Below are positions 1 to 9,654 of a stretch of DNA of 64,000 nucleotides, one piece after another; the stretch's first letter is position 1, and each line of letters starts with the position of its first letter. Where the stretch lies: contig JAHFON010000002.1 of assembly GCA_023261695.1 (NCBI GenBank), positions 11,467-75,466 on the forward strand, read 5' to 3'. Under the pieces are notes generated by a model. That model worked only from the letters and a program-made list of their open reading frames with translations, was not told the origin of the DNA and searched no databases. Made by a program: the position numbers and the translations under genes. The stretch is from Candidatus Moraniibacteriota bacterium. GTDB taxonomy: Bacteria; Patescibacteriota; Minisyncoccia; Moranbacterales; UBA1568.

Positions 1-468
1 TATGCAATGAGAGAAAGATTAAGCATGAAGCACGGAGTGACTTATGAAAATATTGAAGCTGCTGAGATCGAGTATTCTGATTATTTCACTACTGAGTTAC
101 GAGATGAACTTTTTTTGGCTAGTCGTTTATTAGGATTTAAGGCTGATCAGGAAAATGTTAATAGATTGATTGATATTTTAAGTAGAAAGAATGGATTTAA
201 CTCATCTGAATTAAGAACAGAACTTGGACAATATCTAGGGGAAAAGACCAGCAAATTAGGTAGAAAGAAAATCGAGGCATTCATTGAAGAGTTGTGGTGG
301 TACGGCATTTTAGGATTTAAAGAAGACAAAAAACAATTGATAAATTTCCGCTATGTCGCTGGACGTACGCCATTCGTGGTTTCTAAGATTAAAAGTTATT
401 TTCTTTTTCTTCATAGAGGTCTTTGGTGGTTTTCTCAAAAAAGAAAGATAGATAGTGACAAAACATAA
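1..468 (+). CDS. C-terminal part of a hypothetical protein (possibly a FunZ-like P-loop ATPase tail) in the R-M locus; truncated by window edge
   Basis: Frame open from base 1; AT-rich; winged-helix-like tail (LWWYGILGF). Family guess is weak. Confidence 0.5.
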   Translation, partial: YAMRERLSMKHGVTYENIEAAEIEYSDYFTTELRDELFLASRLLGFKADQENVNRLIDILSRKNGFNSSELRTELGQYLGEKTSKLGRKKIEAFIEELWWYGILGFKEDKKQLINFRYVAGRTPFVVSKIKSYFLFLHRGLWWFSQKRKIDSDKT

Positions 469-472
469 ATTT

Positions 473-670
473 ATGCCATTACACAAAGATTTTCCAAAAG
501 ACCCATACGTGATACTTGACCCTATATTGAGGTGGTTTCCTGCTGCGCGAAAAAGGAGTAATACAGAAACTTCTCCCAAAGTTGCTACAAAAGGCAAGCA
601 CAAAATCGCCATAAAGGTCGTGGATATTTTCGGGAACGATACGACGAGAGTAATTGAAGTAAAAATATAA
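473..670 (+). pseudogene. Chimeric remnant: first 24 codons of a type III res gene fused to a mod-like C-terminus
   Basis: 473-545 matches 2286-2358 at 62/73 nt; tail KGKHKIAIKVVDIFGNDTTRVIEVKI resembles the C-terminus of type III Mod methyltransferases. Confidence 0.7.
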
Positions 671-672
671 CT

Positions 673-2112
673 ATGGAACAAGAAGATTTTGAAAAATTGA
701 TCAAGGATTTAACTGCTCTTCCTGCCGAGACAGAAACTGTTGAATTTAAGGAAAATCATTTTACCGAAGGAGAGATAGGGAAAAGGATGTCGGCACTTTC
801 TAATTCAGCAAACCTACACGATCAAAAATACGGATATCTGGTCTTTGGTATTCAAGATTCAACTCATAATATCATTGGCACCCACTTTTCTATCGATAAT
901 GAAAAGATAGGAAATGAGGCATTGGAATTCTGGTTGTCTAAGAATCTAACTCCCAAAATTGATTTTAGGGTATGTAGTAAAAGGTTTGAGGGTAAGCAGA
1001 TTGTGCTTATTATTGTTCCGCCAGCAATAAATCAACCTACTAAATTTCAGGATGTTGCTTATATAAGGGTCGGTTCAACCACTCCAAAGCTCTTGGATTA
1101 TCCTGAAAAAGAAAGAAAAATTTGGACAAACATTAATCGTAAAAGCTTCGAAAAAGGAATAGCCAAAGAAAATCTTACAGTTTCTCAAGTACTCGAATTA
1201 TTGGACTATGGAAAATACTTCTCTCTTACGAAACAGGAACTACCAACAGAAACCCAACAATTTGTGGAGAAAATGGTTCAGCATGGTTTAGTAAAAAAGA
1301 TATTTGATAATAATTATGACGTCACAAATCTAGGAGCTATCTTATTCGCAAAAGAGCTTAAGAATTTTCCTACGGTCAAAAGGAAATCCGTAAGAGTGAT
1401 TATTTACAAAGGGAATAATAGGGCCGAACGACTGAAGGAACAGGAGGGCTCTTTCGGATATGCTATCTCTTTTGAAAATCTACTCGATTATATAAATGAT
1501 AAGCTGCCACAGAACGAAGAGATTTCTAAATCTTTAAGAAAAGAAGTAAAAATGTATCCTGAAGTCGCGATTCGTGAGTTTGTTGCAAACGCGCTCATTC
1601 ACCAAGATTTGTCTATATCTGGCGCTGGTCCCATGATTGAAATATTTAAAGATCGCATTGAAATTACAAATACTGGGGAACCATTGATTGACACGGAAAG
1701 ATTTATTGATCATCCTCCAAGATCTCGCAATGAAGACATGGCCTCTTTTATGAGGCAAATTGGTGTATGCGAGGAGAGTGGAACTGGTATTGATAGAGCG
1801 CTAATAAATATGGCTTTGTATCAATTACCCGCTCCAAATTTTGAGAAGTTTGATAATTTTACGAAAATAACCCTGTATGCACACAAAGAATTAAAAGATA
1901 TGACTGCAGACGACAAAGTTCGGGCGTGTTTCCAACATTGTGTTTTGAAATATGTTGAAAATTCTAGGATGACTAACTCGACGTTAAGAGAGCGACTTGG
2001 CATAGGTGAGAAAAATTATCCAGCTGCTTCAGTGATTATCAGGGATACTATATTGAGGAGATTGATTAAGGAATCGGAGAAACCTAAGGAATATGTTCCA
2101 ATTTGGGCCTAA
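673..2112 (+). CDS. AlbA_2 (Schlafen-like) domain + HATPase_c_4/RecG-C-like protein
   Basis: ETETVEFKEN, SALSN, GYLVFGI (AlbA_2); YPEVAIREFVANALIHQD, SRNEDMA, EESGTGI (HATPase_c_4). Confidence 0.85.
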   Translation: MEQEDFEKLIKDLTALPAETETVEFKENHFTEGEIGKRMSALSNSANLHDQKYGYLVFGIQDSTHNIIGTHFSIDNEKIGNEALEFWLSKNLTPKIDFRVCSKRFEGKQIVLIIVPPAINQPTKFQDVAYIRVGSTTPKLLDYPEKERKIWTNINRKSFEKGIAKENLTVSQVLELLDYGKYFSLTKQELPTETQQFVEKMVQHGLVKKIFDNNYDVTNLGAILFAKELKNFPTVKRKSVRVIIYKGNNRAERLKEQEGSFGYAISFENLLDYINDKLPQNEEISKSLRKEVKMYPEVAIREFVANALIHQDLSISGAGPMIEIFKDRIEITNTGEPLIDTERFIDHPPRSRNEDMASFMRQIGVCEESGTGIDRALINMALYQLPAPNFEKFDNFTKITLYAHKELKDMTADDKVRACFQHCVLKYVENSRMTNSTLRERLGIGEKNYPAASVIIRDTILRRLIKESEKPKEYVPIWA

Positions 2113-2285
2113 ATCATGTAGTAATTAAATGACGTATTTCTCTAAAACAGCAAAAAATCCTTTATTTAAGCGGTTAATTAATGTAGCGGGTATGTAGTAA
2201 AATTATGATACTTTATTTACTAATGACGAAAGTAAATAACCATGCCAGCCGCTCGCTATAAGCATTTTTAGACACTTTATTTACT

Positions 2286-4979
2286 ATGGCATTACACAAA
2301 GATTTTCCCAAGGACCCATACGAAATACTTGACCCGAACATTCGGTGGTTTCCTGCTGACGAAGATTTGCGGGAAAAAGGGGCTATACAAAAACTCCTCC
2401 CTCCTCTTGTGGCTGGTTTGCGGGAAAAAGTGAAAGAATGGCGAGACAAAAACTACGAGGGAGCAAGCGATACTTCTAAATCACTTCTAAATTGGTGGTT
2501 TAAAGAGGAACATATTTTGTATGACCAGCACGGAACATCTTCTCATTTCAGATATTATTTTGCGCAAAGAGAAGCTCTGGAAACAGTCGTTTGGCTCTAT
2601 GAAGTTGCAAAAGTAAAGGACAAATATGATCTCATTCGTTACAACACGACTGGCGTGCTAAGCCCGCAAATGTTTACCGAGGAATGGCTTCGCTTTGTAA
2701 TAAAGATGGCGACAGGCGCAGGCAAGACTAAGGTGATGAGCTTAATAATCGCATGGGCGTATTTTCATAAAAAATATGAGGAAGATTCTAATTTGGCAAA
2801 GAATTTTCTTTTGATAACTCCGAATGTCATTGTTTTTGAAAGAATCAAAAATGACTTTGAGGGGTTAAAAATCTTTTTTAGCGATCCTGTTTTGCCGGAC
2901 AATGGGTATCGCGGACAAAACTGGCAGGATGATTTTCAAATGACTTTGCATTTGCAGGATGATTTGCGCAATGTCTCCGACACAGGAAATATATTTTTGA
3001 CCAATATCCACAGAGTTTTTGAGGGTGATGTACGAGACGCGAGCGCGGAAGATGAGGACACTTCGCGATATTTCTTGGGCGATAAGCCAGTTACGAAAAC
3101 AAGCGATTCTACTGTTGATCTCGGTATGATTGTGAGAGACATTGATGAATTGATTGTTATCAACGATGAAGCTCATCACTTGCACGATGACAAATCGGCT
3201 TGGGTTAAATCTATCACAGACATAGACAATAGATTGAAACAGAAAGGAACTGGACTATCTTTGCAAATTGATCTAACCGCTACTCCAAAAAAGAATGACG
3301 GCTCTATTTTTGTGCAGACAATTTCTGATTATCCGCTTGTTGAAGCAATACATCAGAGAGTTGTAAAAAATCCAGTTGTGCCAGACGCGGCGAGCCGGGG
3401 GAAACTGAAAGAAAATCAGAGCACTCTATTTAGCGAAAAATACAGGGATTATATAAATCTTGGCATTGAGGAATGGCAGAAAACATACGATGTACTGAAG
3501 CCGATGGGTAAAAAATCCATTCTTTTCATAATGACGGACGATACAAAAAACTGCGATGAAGTAGCGGAATATATTGAAACAAGTTTTAAAAATCTGAAAG
3601 GCGCGGTTTTGACCATTCACACGAATAAAAGCGGAGAAATTTCTGAAAACGTGTCTGGTAAAAGCAAAGAAGAATTGGATTTGCTTAGAAAACAAGCAAA
3701 CGAAATTGATAGTTGGGAAAGCCCGTTTAAGGTGATCATTTCTGTGATGATGCTCAAGGAGGGTTGGGATGTAAAAAATGTAACAACGATTGTGGGATTG
3801 CGTCCTTATGCCGCCGATTCAAAAATTCTTCCCGAACAAACTCTTGGACGAGGGCTCCGCAGAATGTTTTTTGGTAGAGATGATGTTGAAGAATATGTGA
3901 GTGTCGTTGGAACTTCCGCTTTTATGGACTTTGTTGAGTCAATCAAGGGAGAGGGCGTTATTCTTGAGAAAAAAGCGATGGGAACAGGGGCTAAACCGAT
4001 TGCTCCGATGGTTATTGAAGTTGATAAGGATAATCCGAAAAAGGACATTGAGAAACTTGATATTGAGATTCCGGTGATGTCCCCAAGGATTCAAAGAGAA
4101 TATAAAAATCTTGCAGAATTGGATGTTTCTAAATTTGGAAATAAAAAAGTTAAGGTAAAAACTTTCTCCGAGGAGGAAAAGAGAGAAATTGTTTTTAAGG
4201 ATGTCGTTGATGAAAAAACTCACCACACAACAATACTTTCGGGCGATATTGAGCCCGATTATCAAAGTGTTGTCGGCTTTTTTGCGCAAGCAATAATGCG
4301 GGAACTGCGACTGTTCGGTTGCTATGACATTTTGTTCGGCAAAGTAAGAGAATTTGTGCAGAGTAATATGTTTGATAGCAGAGTGGACTTGTCAGACCTC
4401 AATATTTTAAGAAACTTGTCGGAAGTTGAGTATATTCGGCTTATAAAAGATTCTTTCAAGAAAGCCATTAATGATCTTACGGTCGAAGATAAAGGAGATA
4501 CAGAGATAAAAAATTATATAAAAATAAGCGAAGCGCGTCCTTTTGTCGTCAATGATAAGTCGTACTTGATACCTAAAAAATCTGTTTTCAATAAGATTGT
4601 AGGAGATAGTGATTTTGAGTTGGTATTTTCTGACTTTCTTGAGAATTGTGAGGATGTAATTTCTTTTGCAAAAAACTTTCAAAATAAGGAAGCGGGTGCG
4701 CTTAGAATTGAATATAAAAATTCAGAGGGATTTATAGCTACCTATCACCCAGACTTTTTTGTTAAGAAAGATGAAAAAACCGTTTACATTATCGAGACAA
4801 AGGGGCGCGAAGAAGATGACGATAAATTAAAATTTGAAAGACTGCAAAAGTGGTGTGAGGACGTGAACGATCGACAAAGCAGAGTCATCTACAAAGCCCT
4901 ATATATAAAACAGGAAGAATGGGAGAAGGACAAGCTCAAAAACTTTGATGAAGTTATCAGAGTATTTAGCAAAAAATAA
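2286..4979 (+). CDS. res: Type III restriction endonuclease Res subunit (SF2 helicase + nuclease)
   Basis: MATGAGKT Walker A, NDEAHH, LTATP, LKEGWDV, QTLGRGLR; C-terminal YHPDF...IIETKG PD-(D/E)xK. Confidence 0.9.
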   Translation: MALHKDFPKDPYEILDPNIRWFPADEDLREKGAIQKLLPPLVAGLREKVKEWRDKNYEGASDTSKSLLNWWFKEEHILYDQHGTSSHFRYYFAQREALETVVWLYEVAKVKDKYDLIRYNTTGVLSPQMFTEEWLRFVIKMATGAGKTKVMSLIIAWAYFHKKYEEDSNLAKNFLLITPNVIVFERIKNDFEGLKIFFSDPVLPDNGYRGQNWQDDFQMTLHLQDDLRNVSDTGNIFLTNIHRVFEGDVRDASAEDEDTSRYFLGDKPVTKTSDSTVDLGMIVRDIDELIVINDEAHHLHDDKSAWVKSITDIDNRLKQKGTGLSLQIDLTATPKKNDGSIFVQTISDYPLVEAIHQRVVKNPVVPDAASRGKLKENQSTLFSEKYRDYINLGIEEWQKTYDVLKPMGKKSILFIMTDDTKNCDEVAEYIETSFKNLKGAVLTIHTNKSGEISENVSGKSKEELDLLRKQANEIDSWESPFKVIISVMMLKEGWDVKNVTTIVGLRPYAADSKILPEQTLGRGLRRMFFGRDDVEEYVSVVGTSAFMDFVESIKGEGVILEKKAMGTGAKPIAPMVIEVDKDNPKKDIEKLDIEIPVMSPRIQREYKNLAELDVSKFGNKKVKVKTFSEEEKREIVFKDVVDEKTHHTTILSGDIEPDYQSVVGFFAQAIMRELRLFGCYDILFGKVREFVQSNMFDSRVDLSDLNILRNLSEVEYIRLIKDSFKKAINDLTVEDKGDTEIKNYIKISEARPFVVNDKSYLIPKKSVFNKIVGDSDFELVFSDFLENCEDVISFAKNFQNKEAGALRIEYKNSEGFIATYHPDFFVKKDEKTVYIIETKGREEDDDKLKFERLQKWCEDVNDRQSRVIYKALYIKQEEWEKDKLKNFDEVIRVFSKK

Positions 4980-5267
4980 CTCATGCAAATGAAGTCAAAA
5001 TAACCCCACAGCAAACACGCCGTGTTGCAACGGGGCAGACAAACTCTTGAATGGAGAAAAGAAACTGCCATACAACACATTTTCAAAAAGTGCTAAAATA
5101 TAGACAGTAGCATTTCTATATTATTAGTTATATTAATTTATTTACATGAAATTCATATTCGTATCGCGGCCGTTTTCAAAAGAAAGTAAAAGGGAAGCGA
5201 TCAGGGAGCTTCTGGAAAATACCGTTCCCGATCGTGGCAAATAAAAAAAAGCATTTAACTAAAAGCT

Positions 5268-5579
5268 ATGCAACAAAATATTATCACTTTGAAAGACGCC
5301 GTGGAATATCAAAAAGGCGCGGTGGTCAGCAAAGAAATCCTAAAAACGTCCAATGGCACGGTCACTATTTTTGCTTTTGATGAGGGGCAGGGATTAAGCG
5401 AACACACGGCGCCGTTTAGCGTGCTGGTTCAGATTTTGGACGGCCAAGCGCAAATCAATATTGAAAAAACGCCGCATATTGTGGCAGATGGTCAGATGAT
5501 TGAATTGCCTGCCAATAAAACGCATTCCCTTCAGGCGTTGGAGAGGTTTAAGATGCTTTTGATAATGTTAAAGAAGTAA
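5268..5579 (+). CDS. Cupin domain protein
   Basis: FAFDEGQGLSEHTAP...PANKTHSL. Confidence 0.85.
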   Translation: MQQNIITLKDAVEYQKGAVVSKEILKTSNGTVTIFAFDEGQGLSEHTAPFSVLVQILDGQAQINIEKTPHIVADGQMIELPANKTHSLQALERFKMLLIMLKK

Positions 5580-5594
5580 AGCGGTAAAAAATAT

Positions 5595-6776
5595 ATGATT
5601 TCAGAAGTTATTATTTCTGTCATCGCGGTGGTTTTGGCGTTAGGCGTAACAATTTTTTTGTTAAAAGGCGTTGTTTCGCGGTATTTGCAAGTATTTTTGC
5701 AAAAGATGCTGGAGGAAAACTTCAGTATTGCCGAACAAAGGAACAAAGAGCTTTTTCGGGAGGAGCGGGAGAGACTGTCCGAGCAATACCGCTCGGAAAA
5801 AGAGTTGCTTCAGGAAAAATTGAAAGCAGGCGAACAATATATTGAACACAAAAAAGACAGCATCAAAGAACTGGTGGAAAAAATTCATAATGAACTGTCG
5901 GAAAGCCAAAAGAAACTGGAGCATACGGAGAAAGAGAGAATCGGGGAATTCAGCACGCTGAAAGCGGTTTTGAACGAATACAAAATTATCACCGGCGGTT
6001 TGAAAGAATCCACCGACCACCTCAAAAACATCTTGTCCAATAATCAATTGCGCGGAAAGTATGGCGAAGAAGTGGCGGAAAATTTGCTCAAATCAGTAGG
6101 TTTTGTGAAAGGGCAAAATTATGTGGCGAACGAAAGCCAAGATTCTGTCGCTTCCCGTCCGGACTTCACCATTTTTCTGCCGGACGGCACCAAGGTGAAC
6201 GTGGACGCGAAATTTCCTTTGCAGGCCTTGATCAAATATCAGGAGAGCGAAGACAAACAGGAAAAGGAGAGATATTTGCGGGAGTTTACTGCCGATGTCA
6301 AACAAAAAATCAAACAAGTGACTACGCGGGACTACATAAATCCGGAAGAGAAGACCGTGGACTTTGTGATCTTGTTCGTGCCGAACGAAATGATTTTCAG
6401 TTTTATTTATGATCGCTTGAACGAAGTGTGGGATGAAGCGATGAAAAAGAAAGTGATTATGGCGGGGCCGTTTAGTTTTACGGCGATGCTCCGAATGATA
6501 TTTCAGTCGTATAAAAACTTTAAGTATCAGGAAAATCTGTATGATATTATCAAGTTGATTAAAATTTTTGAGCAGGAGTACGAAAAGTTTAACGCGGCGC
6601 TGGATATTCTCGGGACGAGAATGCAGTCGGCGGCCAACCAGTATCAGGTGGTTTCCGTTACCAGAACCAAAAAGTTGTCAGGCGTAGTGGAAAAAATCAA
6701 AGGGGAAAATGTTTTGTTTGAAAATCCGGAGGCCGGTCCCGCGATTGAAGCTCCGGAATTAGCTGAAGAAAAGTAA
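5595..6776 (+). CDS. rmuC: DNA recombination protein RmuC
   Basis: N-terminal TM + coiled coil; RGKYGE, RPDF...VDAKFPL, DFVILFVPNE. Confidence 0.9.
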   Translation: MISEVIISVIAVVLALGVTIFLLKGVVSRYLQVFLQKMLEENFSIAEQRNKELFREERERLSEQYRSEKELLQEKLKAGEQYIEHKKDSIKELVEKIHNELSESQKKLEHTEKERIGEFSTLKAVLNEYKIITGGLKESTDHLKNILSNNQLRGKYGEEVAENLLKSVGFVKGQNYVANESQDSVASRPDFTIFLPDGTKVNVDAKFPLQALIKYQESEDKQEKERYLREFTADVKQKIKQVTTRDYINPEEKTVDFVILFVPNEMIFSFIYDRLNEVWDEAMKKKVIMAGPFSFTAMLRMIFQSYKNFKYQENLYDIIKLIKIFEQEYEKFNAALDILGTRMQSAANQYQVVSVTRTKKLSGVVEKIKGENVLFENPEAGPAIEAPELAEEK

Positions 6777-6788
6777 GCGCGCAAAATT

Positions 6789-7019
6789 ATGAAAAAAGAA
6801 GGACAAACATCGGAGCAATTGAGTCTCGGTATCAATGGGGCTAATGGGCAAACTGAAATAGACTCGTCTTTGGCGGAAGGCGAAGCACTAATGAGTTCTG
6901 ATGAAAAGGAATCCGGTGTTCCCAGAATAATTACAAAGAAGAAACTAGAAGAGGAGCGTGAGAGGGCGCGCGCTGTTAGAGACGATTCTCTTAGGCGGGT
7001 TAAAGAAATACTTAAGTGA
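6789..7019 (+). CDS. Hypothetical protein
   Basis: ATG ORF directly after rmuC, ends just before a terminator. Confidence 0.55.
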   Translation: MKKEGQTSEQLSLGINGANGQTEIDSSLAEGEALMSSDEKESGVPRIITKKKLEEERERARAVRDDSLRRVKEILK

Positions 7020-7026
7020 AAAAGCG

Positions 7027-7062
7027 AAAGCCCCTCTTGAACCGATGTTCGCGAGGGGCTTT
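7027..7062. terminator. Probable bidirectional intrinsic terminator
   Basis: AAAGCCCCTC...GAGGGGCTTT stem between convergent ORFs. Confidence 0.7.
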
Positions 7063-7073
7063 GAATGTGTAAC

Positions 7074-7319
7074 TTAATATTGCAAGAGTTGGCGGAACTC
7101 AGCTTCTAGTTCCGCCCACTCCTCACTTGTGAGGAGTGTGGCCTCATCGATGTCGGGCGGCGTACTTTCAGACTTCACGCTCCTAAAGCTTAACTGGTGA
7201 AGTTTTTTCCAAAAAGTTCTGTGAGCAGGGGATCTTTCCGTGAATTGCCAGTGGTCCATTTCTGGCAATCCGGTCTCCTTGAATATCAAATTTCTAAAGT
7301 CTCGTACCGTCCCTATCAA
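7074..7319 (-). CDS. Small orphan protein
   Basis: SD AGGAGGT 7 nt before TTG at 7319; promoter-like TTGATT-16-TATACT upstream. Confidence 0.6.
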   Translation of the reverse strand: MIGTVRDFRNLIFKETGLPEMDHWQFTERSPAHRTFWKKLHQLSFRSVKSESTPPDIDEATLLTSEEWAELEAEFRQLLQY

Positions 7320-7458
7320 TTTTCTCACCTCCTTTCCCTTGTCTATTTTGACAAGAAGACCTGATAGTTTAAATTTAAATGTACAAAACCCATCACATAT
7401 TTATGTGATGTTTCAGTATAGCGTGTTGCCATAAAAAATCAAGTGCTGATGAGAAAAG

Positions 7459-7541
7459 TGCTGCGGGAGAGACTCGAACTCTCACGCCCTTACGGACACT
7501 TGGTCCTAAACCAAGCGCGTATACCATTCCGCCACCGCAGC
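7459..7541 (-). tRNA. tRNA-Leu(TAG)
   Basis: Cloverleaf with variable arm; anticodon arm CTTGG-TTTAGGA-CCAAG; GTTCGAGTC; no encoded CCA. Confidence 0.95.
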
Positions 7542-7544
7542 AGT

Positions 7545-7856
7545 CTAAATTATCTTTGCTTTTTCTCCAAAAATACCGATAAGCCGTGAAACTTCTTCTT
7601 TTAACGGGCCTCCGTTTTCGTATTCTCCGTGGTGTCGCGTCGTTTCGCCGTAAGTGTGTTTTTTTTGATCCAGATGCAAATTGAGAGTGAGCGTAAGTTT
7701 ATCCAGTTTGGCGTAGCAGTGGAAGCGGGGATAGCCGGCGCTCGCCAGCGCGCGGATAAAACTCATCTCCGCATTTTCTTCGCGCTGAAAAACATATCCC
7801 GCTTTACGAAGCAGGGATACGGGATTTTCAGTGATGGGGTTGATAATAATTTTCAT
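7545..7856 (-). CDS. Hypothetical protein between two tRNAs
   Basis: 103-aa ATG ORF filling the gap between tRNA-Pro and tRNA-Leu; GYPRFH, HLDQK, HHGEY motifs. Confidence 0.7.
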   Translation of the reverse strand: MKIIINPITENPVSLLRKAGYVFQREENAEMSFIRALASAGYPRFHCYAKLDKLTLTLNLHLDQKKHTYGETTRHHGEYENGGPLKEEVSRLIGIFGEKAKII

Positions 7857-7857
7857 G

Positions 7858-7928
7858 TCGGAGTGCCGGGAATTGAACCCGGATTACACGAACCCGAATC
7901 GTGCGTAATGCCGTTATACCACACTCCG
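7858..7928 (-). tRNA. tRNA-Pro(CGG)
   Basis: CACGA-TTCGGGT-TCGTG anticodon arm; GTTCAATTC T-loop; no encoded CCA. Confidence 0.95.
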
Positions 7929-7966
7929 AAAATAACTCTAAATTCTTACCACTTTGAATTTCACAT

Positions 7967-9490
7967 TTACTCCACCCAATGTCTTTTTTTAATTTTATCA
8001 TTTTCCGCCACTTTTTTTTCTTGGATTTTTTCTCTGGCTAGCTCGCGCAAAGTTTGCAAGTCGCTTTCCTGAAGAATTTGAGCGCGTTTTAATAATATCT
8101 CTTTCGTGTTTAATTCAGGATTCTCAATAACTTCCGCGAGCAATACTTCCACGATCGCGCCGATCTTGGGTCCGGCCGGAATGCGAAGCTCATTCATCAG
8201 ATCGTGCCCATTGACGGCGAGCATTTTGGCGGAAATCGGATCGTGAGAAACCTTCTCAATCATATATTCCAAATGACGCAGTTTGTAGGGTTTGGCTTTG
8301 GGCACGCCGGAACCCAGTCTATCACCAATGCGCACCGCCATCAAATCCTGCATATTTTCCAGTCCGACGCGTTTGATGAGACGGCGCACGGAAGCCTCGG
8401 TCACTTCGCCGACATTGTAATAAAAAAGATGGTTGTCCACGAGAAGCGCGGATTTTCTGATGATTTCTTTGGGAAAGCGCAAACGCGTGAGCATCTGCTC
8501 CGTAAGGCGCGCGCCGATATGATCGTGGCTGTAAAAAGTGGAATAATATCCTTCGCCGCGTTTGGCGCGGGGCTTGCCGACATCGTGAAGCAAAGCGGCC
8601 AATCTTGTTTCCAGTTTGGGCGACGGGCAAGTGGCGAGCGCGCGCAAATTATGTTCCCAGACCGTATAGATATGATGCAAATTTTGGGTTACGCCGATAC
8701 CTTCTCTCAATTCTGGAAGTACAAAGCGAAGCAAGCCGGTTTTCTCCAGCATAGCAATGCCTTCGCTCGGGCTGTCGGAGAGAATAATTTTAGAAAGTTC
8801 GTCGCGGATGCGTTCGGGAGAGACTGCCTTTAGATGTTCGGAAAGTTTGCTTATGGCCACTTCGGTGTTTTCTTCGATGCGCCACTGGTGCGCCAGTTTG
8901 GTTTTTTTTGTCTCGCTTGTAACTGTAGGCGGGGTGCGATCGCGCAACTTAGCGAAGAGGCGCACGGCGCGCATCAGACGCAGAGCGTCCTCGTTGAAAC
9001 GTTCCTCCGGCTCACCCACCGTGCGAATAATTTTTTTTTGCAAATCCTTCGCTCCGTCGTAAGGATCAATCACTTCCCATTTCTCGTCTGCGGTTGGACC
9101 ATACGCTATGGCGTTGATGGTAAAATCGCGGCGCGCCAGATCCTCCTTTAGAGAAAGCGTGAAATTGACTTCGCTGGGACGGCGTTTGTCTTTATATTGC
9201 CCTTCCGTGCGGTAAGTGGTAACTTCCACGATGTCATATTCATAGTCAGGCATCGTTTCCAGAAAGCGCGGCACTTTGACGCCGACGGTGCCGAACGTAT
9301 TTTCATAGAAACTTTCCGGAAAAATTTTCAGAACCTGATCCGGCGTGGCGTTGGTGGTGATGTCCCAATCTTTGGGCGCGTGTTCCAAAAGGAGATCGCG
9401 TACGCACCCGCCCACCACAAACGCCTCAAAACCGGCCTTTCGCAAGGCCTGAATAACATTCAAAATTGGTTCTGGAATTTTTCTTATCAT
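7967..9490 (-). CDS. cca: CCA tRNA nucleotidyltransferase with HD domain
   Basis: VGGCVRDLLL..PKDWD, DLARRDFTINA, EDALRLMRA, LLHDVGK. Confidence 0.9.
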   Translation of the reverse strand: MIRKIPEPILNVIQALRKAGFEAFVVGGCVRDLLLEHAPKDWDITTNATPDQVLKIFPESFYENTFGTVGVKVPRFLETMPDYEYDIVEVTTYRTEGQYKDKRRPSEVNFTLSLKEDLARRDFTINAIAYGPTADEKWEVIDPYDGAKDLQKKIIRTVGEPEERFNEDALRLMRAVRLFAKLRDRTPPTVTSETKKTKLAHQWRIEENTEVAISKLSEHLKAVSPERIRDELSKIILSDSPSEGIAMLEKTGLLRFVLPELREGIGVTQNLHHIYTVWEHNLRALATCPSPKLETRLAALLHDVGKPRAKRGEGYYSTFYSHDHIGARLTEQMLTRLRFPKEIIRKSALLVDNHLFYYNVGEVTEASVRRLIKRVGLENMQDLMAVRIGDRLGSGVPKAKPYKLRHLEYMIEKVSHDPISAKMLAVNGHDLMNELRIPAGPKIGAIVEVLLAEVIENPELNTKEILLKRAQILQESDLQTLRELAREKIQEKKVAENDKIKKRHWVE

Positions 9491-9654
9491 AAAACTATCG
9501 TAGCAAAAGAAAGCTGACTTGACGAGACTGGGTAAATAAAGAAATTGTAGTAATACGACGCGATTTGTTTTCGAGGCAAAGGGCGGCTATTTGAACACAC
9601 GGCACGAATTGGCGGTTGTTATTTGAAGCCGTATTGATTTTGTGAAAATTAAGA

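Noticed and set aside
5147-5243. Short ORF upstream of the cupin gene
   Set aside because: About 30 codons, no SD or recognisable motif
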